Shown: in pieces, positions 17,656-31,352 of the stretch | How positions within the stretch are numbered: position 1 is the stretch's first letter | How the letters are laid out: the number at the start of each line of letters is the position of its first letter | NCBI RefSeq assembly: GCF_009914755.1 | Contig: NC_060935.1 | DNA from: the human T2T-CHM13v2.0 reference genome, Homo sapiens | Reading direction: 5' to 3' (one strand) | Length of the DNA stretch: 64,000 nt | The notes under the pieces: model-generated | What the model was told of the DNA's origin: nothing | Databases searched by the model: none | The model's input: the letters and a program-made list of their open reading frames with translations, nothing else | Program-made: the position numbers and the translations under genes

Positions 17656-19389
17656 AAGTTTTCAGTCTTATATGGACACAGTTCATGGTGCCCCAAAACA
17701 ATACACTAGTAACATCAAAATCAATGATCACAGATCATCCTAAACACAGATACAATTTTTAAAAATGGAAATATAGTGAGAATTACCAAAATGTGATACA
17801 AAAGACAAGCAGTGAGCACATGCTTTTAGAAAAATGGCACGGATAGACTTGCTCAATGAAAGGTTGCCATAACCTTCAATTTGTAAACAAACAAAAATGT
17901 ACCAAAAAATACAATATCTGTGAAGCACAACAGAATAAAGCTCAATCAAATGAGGTATACCTATGTCTAATATCCCTCTTTTCAAAAAACTGATAAGGTT
18001 CTGGGGGATGTACTCATGTATGTTTAATAGAACCTTAATAAAAAGTGAGAGATACTGTACTATATCTTGAGTTGAAGGACAGGGTCATGTGATTTCAGAG
18101 GGATATTTGAGTAAGCTAAAATTTAATGAATCTAGATTATTAATAAGTTTTTGGAATATTTTTCTATATTTGTTTCTATTTTTTTTTTTACTTTTCACAT
18201 TTTAAGGATGAGGAATATGTTTTTTAAAAAGGATACATATATGAGTTCCTAAAATATTATAGAGAAAAAGCATACACAATAAAGTGCCAAATTTTGTGAC
18301 AGATACTTATAAAATCAGCTGGAAAAAAATGCTACAAGGATACGTAGGATCAAAAACAGACCTGCAAGCAAAGAATTCAGTCAAGATGAAAAGCTCCATA
18401 TGTCTGTTCTTAACAAGATCCTCTTTGTCTCAGCAGTCCCACAGCATAGGTGAGTTAATGGAATACAGAGAAAATCCTATTAATCATCTTATTTTACAAC
18501 ATTTATTTAACTGAAATATTATTGTAGAAAGAAGTTTATTTTGCTTAAGTAGCTAGTTCAGTGCAGAATCAAATTTTGGTCTCTGGGTCATCTGTTTTAG
18601 ACAACATAGAAATCAACAGAGAAATTCTTTGCACAGTATTACTAATGCCATTATTCTCCTAACTCAAATGGCAAACTCTCAAATCTCTCTACTAAATCAT
18701 TTCCATTTTTTTTAAGGACAGTTAACTGCTAAATATCTTAAAGAGTCATTCATATAAACCTAATAATCAGGCAATTCATTTGACTGCTTTTGTAATGAGA
18801 AAAGGGAAACTGTAATTGCCTTTTGTGAAGGTGAAAAGAGTGTTAAGAAAACACCGAGTCTACACAGGCAATTCACCCAGTTGGTGGCCTAACGCTAGGA
18901 GGATAACATCCATCACTCCACTGTAATTCACAGCTAAACACACTGAATACTACATATTTTCTAACTCTTGAATTTGCTCTAGAGAGAGTAGCATTGATCT
19001 CAAGAACTGTGGTACACTCAATGACCTAAAAATATTTAAGCACTATGGTCAAATTTCATGTTGAAATATAATATTACTACAATTTAAAACTAAAATTTTA
19101 GTGGTTTCATCTGTTAAAATCACTGAGGTCAATACGAACAAAAAGATTTTCTACTTAATAGAAATTTTAAGGGCCTTAGGAATCACATGCCCTGGTAAGT
19201 AGTTTTTCTTTAGGGTTCCATCAATAAAAAATGTAAGTATTTCTCTTTTATTATTATTTGATACCAATTATGGGCTTGGGAATGACAATTTTACTTGGCA
19301 TTTTGTGTTTCCTTAAAGAAATGAACCACTTGACTTTTACAAAGCTGGAGAAATAATAATGGTTTAGAATTCAACCTATAGACCCATTT

Positions 19390-19874
19390 TGTTGGAAACA
19401 GGCCCCCAGATCTGACCATAAACTGGCCCCAAAACTGGCCATAAACAAAATCTCTGCAGCACTGTGACATGCTCGTGATGGCCTTGACGCCCATGCTGGA
19501 AGATTGTGGGTTAACGGGAATGAGGGCAAGGAACACCTGGCCCACCCAGGGCGGAAAGTTGTTCTTAAACCACAAACAATAGCATGAGCGATCTGTGCCT
19601 TAAGGACATATTCATGCTGCAGATAACTAGTCAGAGCCCATCCCTTTATTTCTGCCCATCCCTTTATTTCCTGTAAGGAATACTTTCAGTAAATCTTATG
19701 ACTGGCTTTCTGTCAATAAATATGTGGGTAAATCTCTGTTCGAGGCTCTCAGCTCTGAAGGCTGTGAGATCCCTGATTTCCCACTCCACACTCTATATTT
19801 CTCTGTGTGTGTCTTTAATTCCTCTAGCACTGCTGGGCTGGGTTAGGGTCTCCACAAACAAGCTTGTCTCAGCA
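19390..19874 (+). mobile_element. MER9 solo LTR (HERV-K9/HML-3)
   Basis: tgttggaaacaggcccc...aaactggccataaacaaaatctctgcagcactgtgacatg...AATAAA...gtctcagca; TSD cattt/cgttt. Confidence 0.92.
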
Positions 19875-20936
19875 CGTTTCATACAAGGGAAGATTTAAAT
19901 AGTTTTAGTTGTAACTTCATAAAACTGATGTACCTTTTTCAAGGTAATTAAGCTCAAATCACAAAAAGATTTGGCCACAGGGCTCAAGGGAGTTGGTAAT
20001 AAGATATTCAGCCTTTTATCTCCATGCAGTTGGTGTTAGAGTGTCTTGACCTGATAGTGGATAAAAGCAGCAAGTGTATACCAATGGATTCAGGGTTCCT
20101 GCAAGCCAACTCCTTGTTGGCAGGAGCAGATTCCTGCTCTGTTTTCAGGTTTCACTTGCTAAGTGACTTCTATTTAATCATTTCGAGAGCAGAATCATGT
20201 TATTAAATACTTTTCTATGTTTAACATTGAATATCTTTTAAAGTTTGTTTATCCTATCAATGTTTACAATAGTCAGATATTATGATTCCTGATGACTTCA
20301 TAGACCAATGACACATACAAGGATGCATAAATGCTTATTAAAAGAATCACTACTCTACTCTATAGTGAACCAGGATGCTTTTCTTAGCCACCTTATAAGA
20401 TCAGTGTATGAGAGCTTTTCAGGCAAAAATTTCAACAGTAACTTTTTTTTCCCTTCAGCCAGAAGATTGTAAAGAGAAGGAAGGGAGTGCATGTGGAAAG
20501 GGAACTTATTTCTCTAGTGCATACCACACAGCAGGTACTTTGTAGTCTTTCTTAATAAGCTTTCCTTTTGTTCTCATAACCTCTAATAGAGGCATTATTA
20601 TTTTCATTTTATAAACGAGTGAATTATAATAGTTCAGAGTGGTCAAAATTTACTGTTTTGCTTACTCATAAAAATGTTATCCCAAAGAGTTTTGTTTGAT
20701 TGTTTTGTAATTCTAAAACTGGTCTGATTAGATATTTGCAAAATTAAATGAAAGGTAAGTTACACCTGTAGGAGCAATGTACTTTTATGTCTAAAACACC
20801 AAAAAGAACGTTTTCTTCATTACAAAATGTTAAAATTTTTTTGGTATTTTAAGATGTGTCAAAATGTTATGCCTTCACATAGTTTTCCTTAATATTATTC
20901 AGGCTTAATATAAAAAAACAAACAATATGAAGTTAG

Positions 20937-21267
<331 letters not shown>

Positions 21268-21628
21268 AGAAAAATGTAAAATTACATCCATATTTACAAA
21301 AAATATGCCATATTCATATTCTTCTAGACCTTTCAACAGCTATTTGTATATTGTGCCTATTAATTTGTCATTTATTTTTAATAAATTTTAACTTCTTAGT
21401 CATATCTTTCTGTTTTAGTATATGTAGGTGTTATCACAGCCATATTTCAATTCTTGGCATGAAATGCCAATTTATTAAACTAATTTTGTATTAATGGACA
21501 TTTAAGATTTTGTTTTTTGTTATTATAAGTAACACTGTAATAAACATTCCTGTGAATACTCTTGCACATTTATCTTATTTTCTCTGCATAGCTTGCTAAG
21601 ATTAGTGGGTCAAAATATATGAACATTT

Positions 21629-21930
21629 GGCCTGGAACTGTGGCTCATGCCTATAATCCCAGCACTTTGGAGGGCTGAGGCAGGCAGATTACTTGATGTC
21701 AGGAGTTCAGGACCAGCCTGGCAAATGTGGTGAAACCTCATTCTCTACTAAAAATACAAAAATTAACCAGACGTGGTGGCAGGCACCTGTAATCCCAGCT
21801 GCTAGGGAGTCTGAGGCATGAGAATCACTTGAACCCGGTAGGTGGAGGTTTCAGTGAACCAAGATAGGGCCACTGCCCTCCAGCCTGGGTGACAGAGCGA
21901 GACTGTCTCAAAAAATTAAAAATTAAAAAA
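21629..21930 (+). mobile_element. AluS
   Basis: Full dimer; TSD atgaacattt; lies within old antisense L1M sequence. Confidence 0.95.
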
Positions 21931-21954
21931 ATGAACATTTATAGATTTTGTACA

Positions 21955-22250
21955 CGGTAATCCATTCACTTTTATGCATTCAGCATGTTCTGTGTACCAG
22001 GCATGATTTTAGATGATTCAGATAGTGAATCAAACACCTTAAAATCTGTGCTCATGGAGTACATTATTATAGTGAGGGGAGAAAAACAACTATAATAAAT
22101 AAATATACTACATATTATATTTAATAATAGTGAATTATTTGGCAAAAGTAAATAGCCCCAACTTGAAAGTTGATGGGGTGTTGGCTGGGTGCAATTTTAA
22201 ACAGGATAGTCAGGGTAGGACTGAGAAATTGTCATTAATAAACACTTGAA
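21955..22250 (-). mobile_element. L2 3' fragment
   Basis: ccattcac...tgtgtaccaggca...tgtgctcatggagtacattattatagtgaggggaga. Confidence 0.55.
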
Positions 22251-23884
22251 CAATTCTATCAATTCACATATAGGATAAGAGTGTCTATATCTTCAAGTCT
22301 TTGTCAATATGGGGTGTTACCAATCTTTTCGATACTGTATGTAAAACATTGATAACCTACTCACTTTTAAATGTCAATGTTTAAAATTCAACGAGCATCT
22401 TTTATATATTTAAGAGTTATTTATATTACTTCACCTGACAATTTGCTATATATGATCTTAGTTTTTCTATTGATTTATTAATCTTTTGCCTAATATCTAA
22501 GCATTCTTTATATAGTAAGAATATAATATATTTTTTCATACATGTCAACATTTTTCTAGGTTTTTGTTTTCTGTTCTGATTATTTCTGTGCCTGAATCCT
22601 CAGAATTTACTTTTTCCTTCTTGCTTAAACACGTCTCTCATTGTTTGAAAGAAGATAAAATATCACCCCACTGGGAAGCCCGTCGTGATTACTCCTAGCC
22701 TACCCCAGCACTACTCAAGCTCTAAATTACATAATTTCATATACTGCTTTCTAATTTGCTTAAATGCATTTTTTCTGTGTTCTTCAAGGAAATGACTATT
22801 TATATGTTCCCCAAACTCCTGAACAATGGGAGGTCAAAAGCAATGGCACTACAGAAACATGGTTTAAAACAAAAATGTAAAACAGCCCTTTGCTGAAGCA
22901 ATTCATTGTGACCATATGCCAGGTTTCATTACCAACTCAGCATAAACCAACGCAGACTGATTCTTAGAAATCTACAACTGTAATGTTACTCTACCCTGAT
23001 GGCCTTAACCTAAGGTTCCTCACACTTCCCTCTCCTAAGCTTTCAGGACAGCATAGACTCTACAGCATCTTAGTAGGGATGGGCAAACCCCATCCCCAGC
23101 CTTTGAAGTGCTGTCTTCTTCTCTCAAGCTCAAACTTCCCCTGTAACAGGACCTGAAGTTGAAGCCAAACTCATTTTTATAACTAAATCCCAGTGTAAGT
23201 AGGAAGATTGGGCCAGAGAAAGCAGAAGTTTATCTAGAGTTGCTCAGAGAAGGTGCCCAGCATCCTTCTGATGACTGCAGATCTCTATGCTACCCATCCA
23301 AGTTGTTTTGCTAATGACAGAAGGAGACCTCAGAACTAGATGGGAGATTGTGCTTCTAATGACTCATTGTCATCCTACATGGAGTCAAAATAAGCTTTAT
23401 GGGGAATGTGGCATTGTACTAAGCTTAAGAAGCTAAATTGGCATGCAGTTTTATATTCTCATCAAGGGAACACGGTTGCAATGATGGTTATTAAAATGCC
23501 TTTACTAAAAAAAGTGATAGTCCTTATGAAACTTTTAATTGGACAGAGGGAGATCAATACATCAAAGTATTAAACTGCTTCACTGAATTGTAGAATCACG
23601 TGCAGTCATTTACCCCATCTACTTTCTGACTTCTAGATGGTTGATGCTTTAGGGCCATGCACTTCTTAAGCAGGAATTACTGACCATGTCAAGATTGGGA
23701 CTTAGTATTTCCTGGATGCTGCTCTCTCATATTTTTCTTTTTCCTGCCATGCCTGGACACCTAACCCACCTTATCTCAAACTTCAGTAACAAGAGGCATC
23801 TCAAACACTGTCTTGATTTCCTTTCTCACTGTTGTATTGTGGCACCTTAGAGCCTACATGGCAGTACTTCCGTTTTTCTGCCTA

Positions 23885-24140
23885 GACATTCATTTATCTA
23901 TTCAAAAACGCAGTTTTGAGCACCCTGTCATGCACAAAGCACCTTGTAAGTAATTGAGAATACAGGATTTGTTCATAGAAGATTATTGCCCCCCAGAGAT
24001 TTTTATCATCTAATGAAGGAGACAGTCACATTAATATGCAATTAGTTTACACTATGTAAGGTAGTGTGACAGTGGTATGATAGAGTCATGTGAGGAGTAC
24101 TCTAGCAATACAGGGAATGCTGGGGGTCAGTGGGATAAAT
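23885..24140 (-). mobile_element. L2 3' fragment
   Basis: cattcatttatctattcaa...ttgagcaccctgtcatgcacaaagcac. Confidence 0.6.
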
Positions 24141-25204
24141 AAAGGAGGTTATGCTGCAAATAGGTTGGGAACTCTAATGGTGTGTTTGGCACATGAGCTA
24201 AACTCTAATTTCTTATCTTCTTTGCTCTAAAGTCTACATATTTATGGACTTCTATTTTTCCTAACAGTTATTTTTGGAACCCTTTTCTGGATATTACTTA
24301 CTATTCATGCCCTGGTTTTTGCAATCCTCCTGTCACTGCTCTTAATTAATGGCTAGTCACCTTCCGTGACTATTTTTTTCTTCTTTTCTCACTGGTTTTC
24401 CAATATACAGACCTAACCTACATGTAGCACAAACCTGACTCAATTTTCATTCCCCAGTGCTAAAATGGAAGATACATTTAAAATATACATCCTGACAAAA
24501 ATGGGCTTGTACTCTGCTACCTCTACCTCTCTGTTTTAAACACAGCTGGCATTCTATTAATAAACATACGGCATTATTTTAGTTGCTTCCCTGAGCATAG
24601 ACAGTGACACATCTTGTGTTCACATTTGGTGCTGCAGCATTCTGCATTCTCATAATACAAAAATTCAGAAGAAAAAAAATCTCTATTTTTTCTTTATCTT
24701 CTTGTTTTAATATGTAACTTCATTTTTTAAAACTCAAAACCTATTTGCTATTCTACCATACAAATGTTTTAAAATGGAAGAATCAAAACCTTACCCAAAT
24801 CCAGAATCATCATCCAAAACATGTTAAATTGAGATTTTGTCAAATGTTAGCTAATGTGTATGTGTTTTAATATTTTGTCACAATCTTATCTGAAATGACA
24901 TTATATTTGAAAATCTAAGCCAAAAATTAATGGTTGGTTATATTTATATTTTTTAGATTAATGATATATGAAAGTCTGATATGGGTCCTATGCAATAAAA
25001 ATTTTTGAACATACCAATGCTAGCCTCTGTAGTCTATGTCTTTGCTCAGTTGTTCCAAACACGTAATCATATCTGAGGACTTGAATTACCAGAAATCTGA
25101 CCTATTCGACACTTAGATTTTTAAAGAATAAGGTTCTATTTTTGCCTAACAATTTAATATATAAAATATCTGATACTGGTGAGAATGTAGTAAATTGGAC
25201 ACTA

Positions 25205-25693
25205 TCTAATGCTGCAATAATGCTGCCAAAGAAAACACCCACAAAACTTCAGTGGAATGGAAAAAGAAAAATTTATTTTTGCTCACACTCTATGGGCTAT
25301 CTGAGCAGTTCTTCTGACAAGAGCTTGGCTCTTTGATTGAACTGTGAGTCAGATGGGCAGTTCTGCTGGGCTAGGCTGGGCTGGCTCTGGGCTGGTCTAT
25401 GATTAACTCAGTGGGGAAAATTCAGTCTACTTGTTCTGTCATCCTCCCTCAGCCAATCCCAAGCTTATTATCATGGTGGAGACAAGATTTTAAGAGAAAG
25501 AGCAGGGGTGACAAGGACCTCTTGAAGCCCAGTTTTAGAACAAACATACTTTCATTTTTTTCAACATTCTATTGGCCATGGCGAGTCACAAGACCAGCCC
25601 AGTTTCAAGGAATGGCAACACAAATCTACTCTGCAAAGTCACATTGCAAGGGGATTGTGGAGAAGTGGCACCTTTTCTGAAATCAGCCTACCA
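25205..25693 (-). mobile_element. MaLR MLT1 (G/H/I-like) LTR
   Basis: cattctattggcca...agtcacaagaccagcccag...ctgcaaagtcacattgcaaggg. Confidence 0.7.
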
Positions 25694-25980
25694 CCAACAC
25701 TGACATATATTTCTGATGAGAGCGTACATTTGAAAAGTCCATTGGGTAAGACTAACTTGACAAAAATGGGTTAGCAATCTTTAAAATGCTATAGTCATTG
25801 ATCAACTGATATATTTTCTATGACTATATTCAAGTAAATTATATAATAACACATACAATATGTGAAAATGTTGTCATCTCATGATTGTGGTTTTTTGTTA
25901 AAAGTCAAGTGACCGAATGATCAACAGTACAAAACTGGTTAATCTCACTGACAGCATCAACTTTAGAAAATCAGGCAGTC

Positions 25981-26229
25981 TTTGTTTTTGTTGTTGTTTA
26001 TTTATTTTTGTTTTTGAGACACAGTCTTGCTCTGTCACCCAGGCTGGAGTGCAATGGCACAATCTCAGTTCACTGCAACCTCTGCCTCCCAAATCTAAGC
26101 AATTATCCCTGTCTCAGCCTCCCGAGTAGCTGAGATTACAGGTGCCCACCACTACGCCTGGCTAATTTTTGTATTTTTTAGTAGAGATGGGGCTTCACCA
26201 TGTCGGCCAGGCTTGTCTCAAATACCTGG
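25981..26229 (-). mobile_element. AluS missing about 50 bp of its 5' end
   Basis: T-rich tail, right arm and most of left arm; ends at gtctcaaatacctgg; no TSD seen. Confidence 0.92.
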
Positions 26230-27099
26230 TTATGAAGTTTATAGACACACAAATAGAAATATAAGTGTAAATTAACACTCATTTTTAATTAAAAGTGGAG
26301 AAAAATATATAACCTTTCCTTGTTATAATTATTATTTGTATACACTGACAGATTTTTTTAGTGCTAGATCCTTCACCCTTTTCAAACTCTTTCCAAAACT
26401 TTCAATTGATATTTTCTTTTCTTTCTTTAGTATTCAAAGTGATTTTTAATATAGAAAAATGATAAAATGGAAATTTTTTATGACAATATTTAGAATATAT
26501 TGCAGGGTATACATTTTTATAATTACAATTAACAAAAAACCTATTTACTGAAAAAATAATGAAAAAGCTTTATTTGAATATGTATAAAATTGTGTTTGTG
26601 CAGACATCTTAAATTTTTATGTATTCAAATAATCTATTTTTCATTTTTCTCCTATGCATATGCACAGTAATTGCTCCCCAATCATGTGCTGCCTTTGCAT
26701 AAAATTCCAGCATATGTGTATTTCTATGATACCCACACAGGAAAAAGAATTTAAGGGCACAAACTTGGAAACCATATTGTGCTGTGAAAATGTTTTGAAA
26801 TTAGAAAAGTTGACATAAGGATAGAATCCAAGAAAAGCTACTGGCATTTGATTACTGGAAATTATGGAAAAGAGGAAGTAATGATGAAATGTGTCTAGAA
26901 CATCTGTCAGCAGAGCCAAGGGAAAGGGGTGCAGGAATACCAAATACAAAACTCACCAGATGTTTGGATCAGCATGGTTTACCAGACTACTATAACTTTT
27001 TATTATTATTGAATTCTTTTGCCTGATTCATACTCTACCAATCACATTACTAAACTTAGCTGAGTTTACAAAGCAGGCTTCCATGTTTAAAGTAGAGTA

Positions 27100-27753
27100 A
27101 GCCTGTGGAGAAAAGGGAAAACTTGCACGCTGCTGGTGGGAATGTAAATTAATATAGCCATTATGAAAAACAGTAGGGAAGTTTCTTAAAAAACGAATAA
27201 GAGAACTACCATATAATCTAGCAATCTCACTTCTGGGTATATATCTTAAAGATCTGAAATCAGTATATTGAAGAGATATTTGTACTCTCATGTTTGTTGA
27301 AACTATTTAGAAGAGCTAAGTTATAGAATCAACCTAAGTGTTCATCATTGGATGAAATGGTAAAGAAAATGTGGTATCTTTATATAGATAAATAGAAAAT
27401 GACATAATATTTAACCTTAAAAATCTGTCATTTGCTATAACATGGATGAACCTGGAGGACATTATTCTAAGTAAAATAAGAAAAGCAAATAAAGAAAACT
27501 GCCATGTGTAGAATGTAAAAGAATCTAGCTCATAGAAGCAGACAGTGGAATGATGGTTACCAGAGACTGGGGAATGGGGGTAATGAGATGTTTGTCAAGG
27601 GATACAAAGTTTCAGTTAGGAATAATAAATAATCAGTATTTGAAGTGATGGATATGATAATTTGCTTGATTCAATCATTCCACAGTGTATACACGTTACA
27701 ACATCACTCTGTACCCCTGAAATATATATGATTAAAATTTATCAGTGAAAAAA
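27100..27753 (+). mobile_element. L1MA-type LINE 3' end
   Basis: tgtggagaaaaggga...ggtgggaatgtaaatta...acatggatgaacctggaggacattat...gatggttaccagagactggg. Confidence 0.85.
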
Positions 27754-28111
27754 TAGTGTAAATCACAGACTAGTCAATGATAATGCTTTGTTTTTGGTTT
27801 GATAATACTTAAGATGGTGACACTGGCATTAACTTATAAAGCAGTCTTTGCTGAGTTTTATTATGAAGATACTCTGTTCTGTGCTGCAGAACCTTGCCAC
27901 CAAGTTTCCATACCTGGGAAACTGAGAACCTGAATCAGTAACATATCAGTATTAATGTATATCAGAGGACTGTCTCACTACCACTTCATAAGGCGAGAGA
28001 TAAGAGTCAGATGGTTATGACTGGATATGCTAGTGGTAACTTTCCTGAAAATGAATGAATTGGTGATTTCTGTTTCAAAGTGTGTGTAGCTGATTTCAAG
28101 TGTTATCGGGT

Positions 28112-28471
28112 GTGATGGTTAATTTTATGTATTAGCTTGGCTAGGCCAAAGTACCCAGATATTTGATCAAATGTCAGATTGTCACTATAAAGAGTTTTTT
28201 TTTTTTTTTTTTTTAATGAGATTAACACTTATGTCAGTAGACTTGGAGTAAAGCAGATTACCCTCCAAATGTGGGTGGCTTCATCCAATCAGTTGAAGGC
28301 CTTAGGACAAAAAGTCTGAGGATCCTCTTCAGACTCCAGCTGCAACATCAGCTCTTCCCTGGGTATTCAGCCTGCCAGCTTGTCCTGCAAATTCAGACTC
28401 GACAGCCTCTACAACTGTGAGCTAATTTAAAACAATCTTTCTTTCTCTTTTTCAAATCCCTCACTAATGCA
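28112..28471 (+). mobile_element. MLT2 (ERVL) LTR
   Basis: tgtgatggttaattttatgt...gagtaaagcagattaccctcc...catccaatcagttgaaggcctt. Confidence 0.85.
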
Positions 28472-28544
28472 TCATGTTTTGTGTTCAGCCATGTTTCAAG
28501 CTATTTGACAATTCTCTCTTATCCGTATATATGGAAGATACAAT

Positions 28545-29400
28545 GCTGTAGGCTCATCATACCATACCCTTTTCCTGCGAACACAGGAGGACCCCATCTT
28601 CTAGCCTCTCTTACAGTTATGTTGGACCTATGTGACTGGATTCTGGCCACTGGAAAAGCAACAGTGGATGTAACACAAGTTACTTTCAAGCCTAGCCCTT
28701 AAAAGCATCTTGCCAAACCCTTCAACTCTCTGTTACAAAGCAGCCTTGAAAGCCATGTATTCTAGGTGGCATACGAACATGATAAAGAAAGCATGTCAGA
28801 CCTATATGAAACCAGAGTAAGCAATAATTTATTCTTTATTATGTTCAGGGACTGAGATATAGGAGTTAATTTCTCACTGCAGCATAGCCTAGCATTTCCG
28901 TACTAATACCCTGCATCAGTTGGGTTGCTGTGAGCAGTATGAGAAAACCCAGAGTCAGACTGGCCTCAACAATATGGAAATGCATCAACTCACATAACAG
29001 GAAGAGCAAAGGTTAGACAGATTTCATGACTGGTTGGTTATGTAGCTCAATGATGTGACCGAAGGCTATCTTTTCTTAGATGTCTCTTCTTTGTGTTCCT
29101 CAGCATTTCAGCTTCATCTTCATGCTAGTTCCCCCTTATATTCATCTGACAGGTGTCACAGAAACAAATTTCACATCATGGTCATCTCATTTCCCTAGAA
29201 TACCTCCACTGTCCTTCCACTTGTCTCATTTGATGGAATTGAATACACACACACCTATCCCTAAACCATCAATGGCAAAGGGATTGGGAACACTCATTGT
29301 CTTAAATAAATCAGGATTGTTATCTGAGATTAAAGGTAAATTAGCCCTCTTCTGAGTCATGAAGAAAGAAGTGAATGTATGAACCAAATCAAGCCTCTTC
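28545..29400. mobile_element. Two adjacent old MLT1 LTRs (about 28545-28910 +, about 28912-29400 -)
   Basis: tatgtgactggattctggcca...gcagcatagcctag; then tgcatcagttggg...ctcacataacaggaag...agctcaatgatgt. Confidence 0.55.
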
Positions 29401-31164
29401 AAAGAGTGCATACCAAACTCAAGGTCTTTGGGATATTAAGGCTTGATATTACACCCTGGAACTCTTGAGAAATCACTACCTAAGCCATTTAAATTAAACC
29501 ATCTTGACCAGGCTCCCCTCCCATTCCTCTAGGGAGAAGAGCATATATATGTAACTGCCAGAATCATATTACTACGTTGAATGACAGGGTCAGGGCAGAA
29601 CATATGCATCCTGAGGCTTGAGCCATACCCTAACCCTGAAATAGTTTCTTTGACCGCAAGCCGTCAGTGATTCTTCTCTGCAATAAATAGTGGAGACAAG
29701 ACTAGTTTTTTGACTAAATTCTCCAAAGGGGTGAAACAGGCAATCAGGTAAAATATAAAACACCTTACTGAAAATTAATACAAAAATGCCCTGATTTTAG
29801 CATCATACAATAGACAAATATGTTTGAAAACACATGCTGTCTGTTATACTTTAACACGGCACAACAGGAGAATTGGGAGTGAGGCTGGAGACAAAGATGG
29901 GAAAAATAAAGAAATAACCTTAATGACAGAATGCTGTCTTGCTTCACAAAATTAATTAAGTCCTCCATTGCACGAGAGCCACATAATCTCTGCTCAAAAA
30001 GATTAACCCAATTTATACCAATTAACCCAAAGCAAATCTAGCTTTTTGTATGCTTAATGGGAGCATACATATAAGAATGCCACACATCAGGATTAAAGGG
30101 GAGTCACAGTAATTCTACTTTACTGTATAAGCATTAAAGCAGCAGTAGTACATTATCTATTTTGTTGTTTAGCATAAATGTTGATTTTTAAGAAGTGAAG
30201 AAGGTAAGGTGGAGTCCACAGTCTTGGCTTTTATCTACATGCCAATCCTATGAGAGGCTTGGTGTGAAGTGGAAAGTGTTGAAGTGGTTGAAAGGTTAGC
30301 CTTTCTAGCTTAAAAAAATCTGTCAATTATTGCCATTGTGACATTTAGTAATTCAATCAAACTTTCTTAAGTTCAGTTGCTGTGTCTATATATAAAGTAA
30401 CAACAATGGATATATTCCCATAAACTTCATAGAGTTAAGTAAAAATCATCACAAAGTCAAAAAAAATGAGCTGATATAAATTATCACTGACACGGAATAC
30501 TTGATCAAACATTTATGGTCTCAAAATTATTGCTTATTCATTAGGATATTCATTCGTATTTAGTGTCCGGCAGCTCAAAAGCCTATTCCCTTGTTACTAT
30601 TCAGTTCCTACTAATGAAGGACCCACTCTTATACTCAAGGTAGTCAGGAAGAGACAGAAGTTACAGCAGTTTTCATTTCATCATGAACTTTTGGCAAAGG
30701 GTGAGCATGAACTTTTGGCAAAAGGTGAGTTTTTTTTGTTTGTTTGTTTGTTTTGCTTTTCAATGAATTTCTTTCTTTGATCTTCAAAAGAAAATGCAAC
30801 CTCCTTTGGTTTTATTAGGTGTTAACTAGTGCAATTCTATCTGTTCATATTGCTGTAGGTTTCTGATCAGAACAAAAGCTAGAAAATGGTGAATATGTTT
30901 TCCGGGAATGCCAGGGCTTTCTGTCTCCTCACACATTCTGTTTATAGCCCTGCACATTATGAAGTCACATTTCCTTAATCGTATGCTAAACTCATAGTCA
31001 TAGTCCTCCATCAACAATGTTTATGCACTGCTGATCTGAGCTTCACAAAATCAGGGACTGAGGCTGTTTTATTCACTACTAACGCATGTAGTACCATACC
31101 TGGCACATAAAACTAGTGCATGGCTCAAGAAAAGGTAGTTATGCATGTTGTGTAATTGTGTATG

Positions 31165-31352
31165 TCTGTTCTGTTCAGAGCATAGCCCTCAGACCAAAAG
31201 CATTGCCATTACTGGGACCTGGTTTAAAACATAAAATCATGGATCCCATGCAGATACATAAAATCAGAATATATAAGGGTTAGGCCCAGGCATCTGTTTT
31301 TTTCAAAGGTTTCCAGGTGACTTGTACTCTGATTAAAGATTGAGAAGCATGG
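31165..31352. mobile_element. MER5-type hAT MITE
   Basis: ggcccaggcatctgttttttt...ccaggtgac...taaagattgagaagcatgg. Confidence 0.65.
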
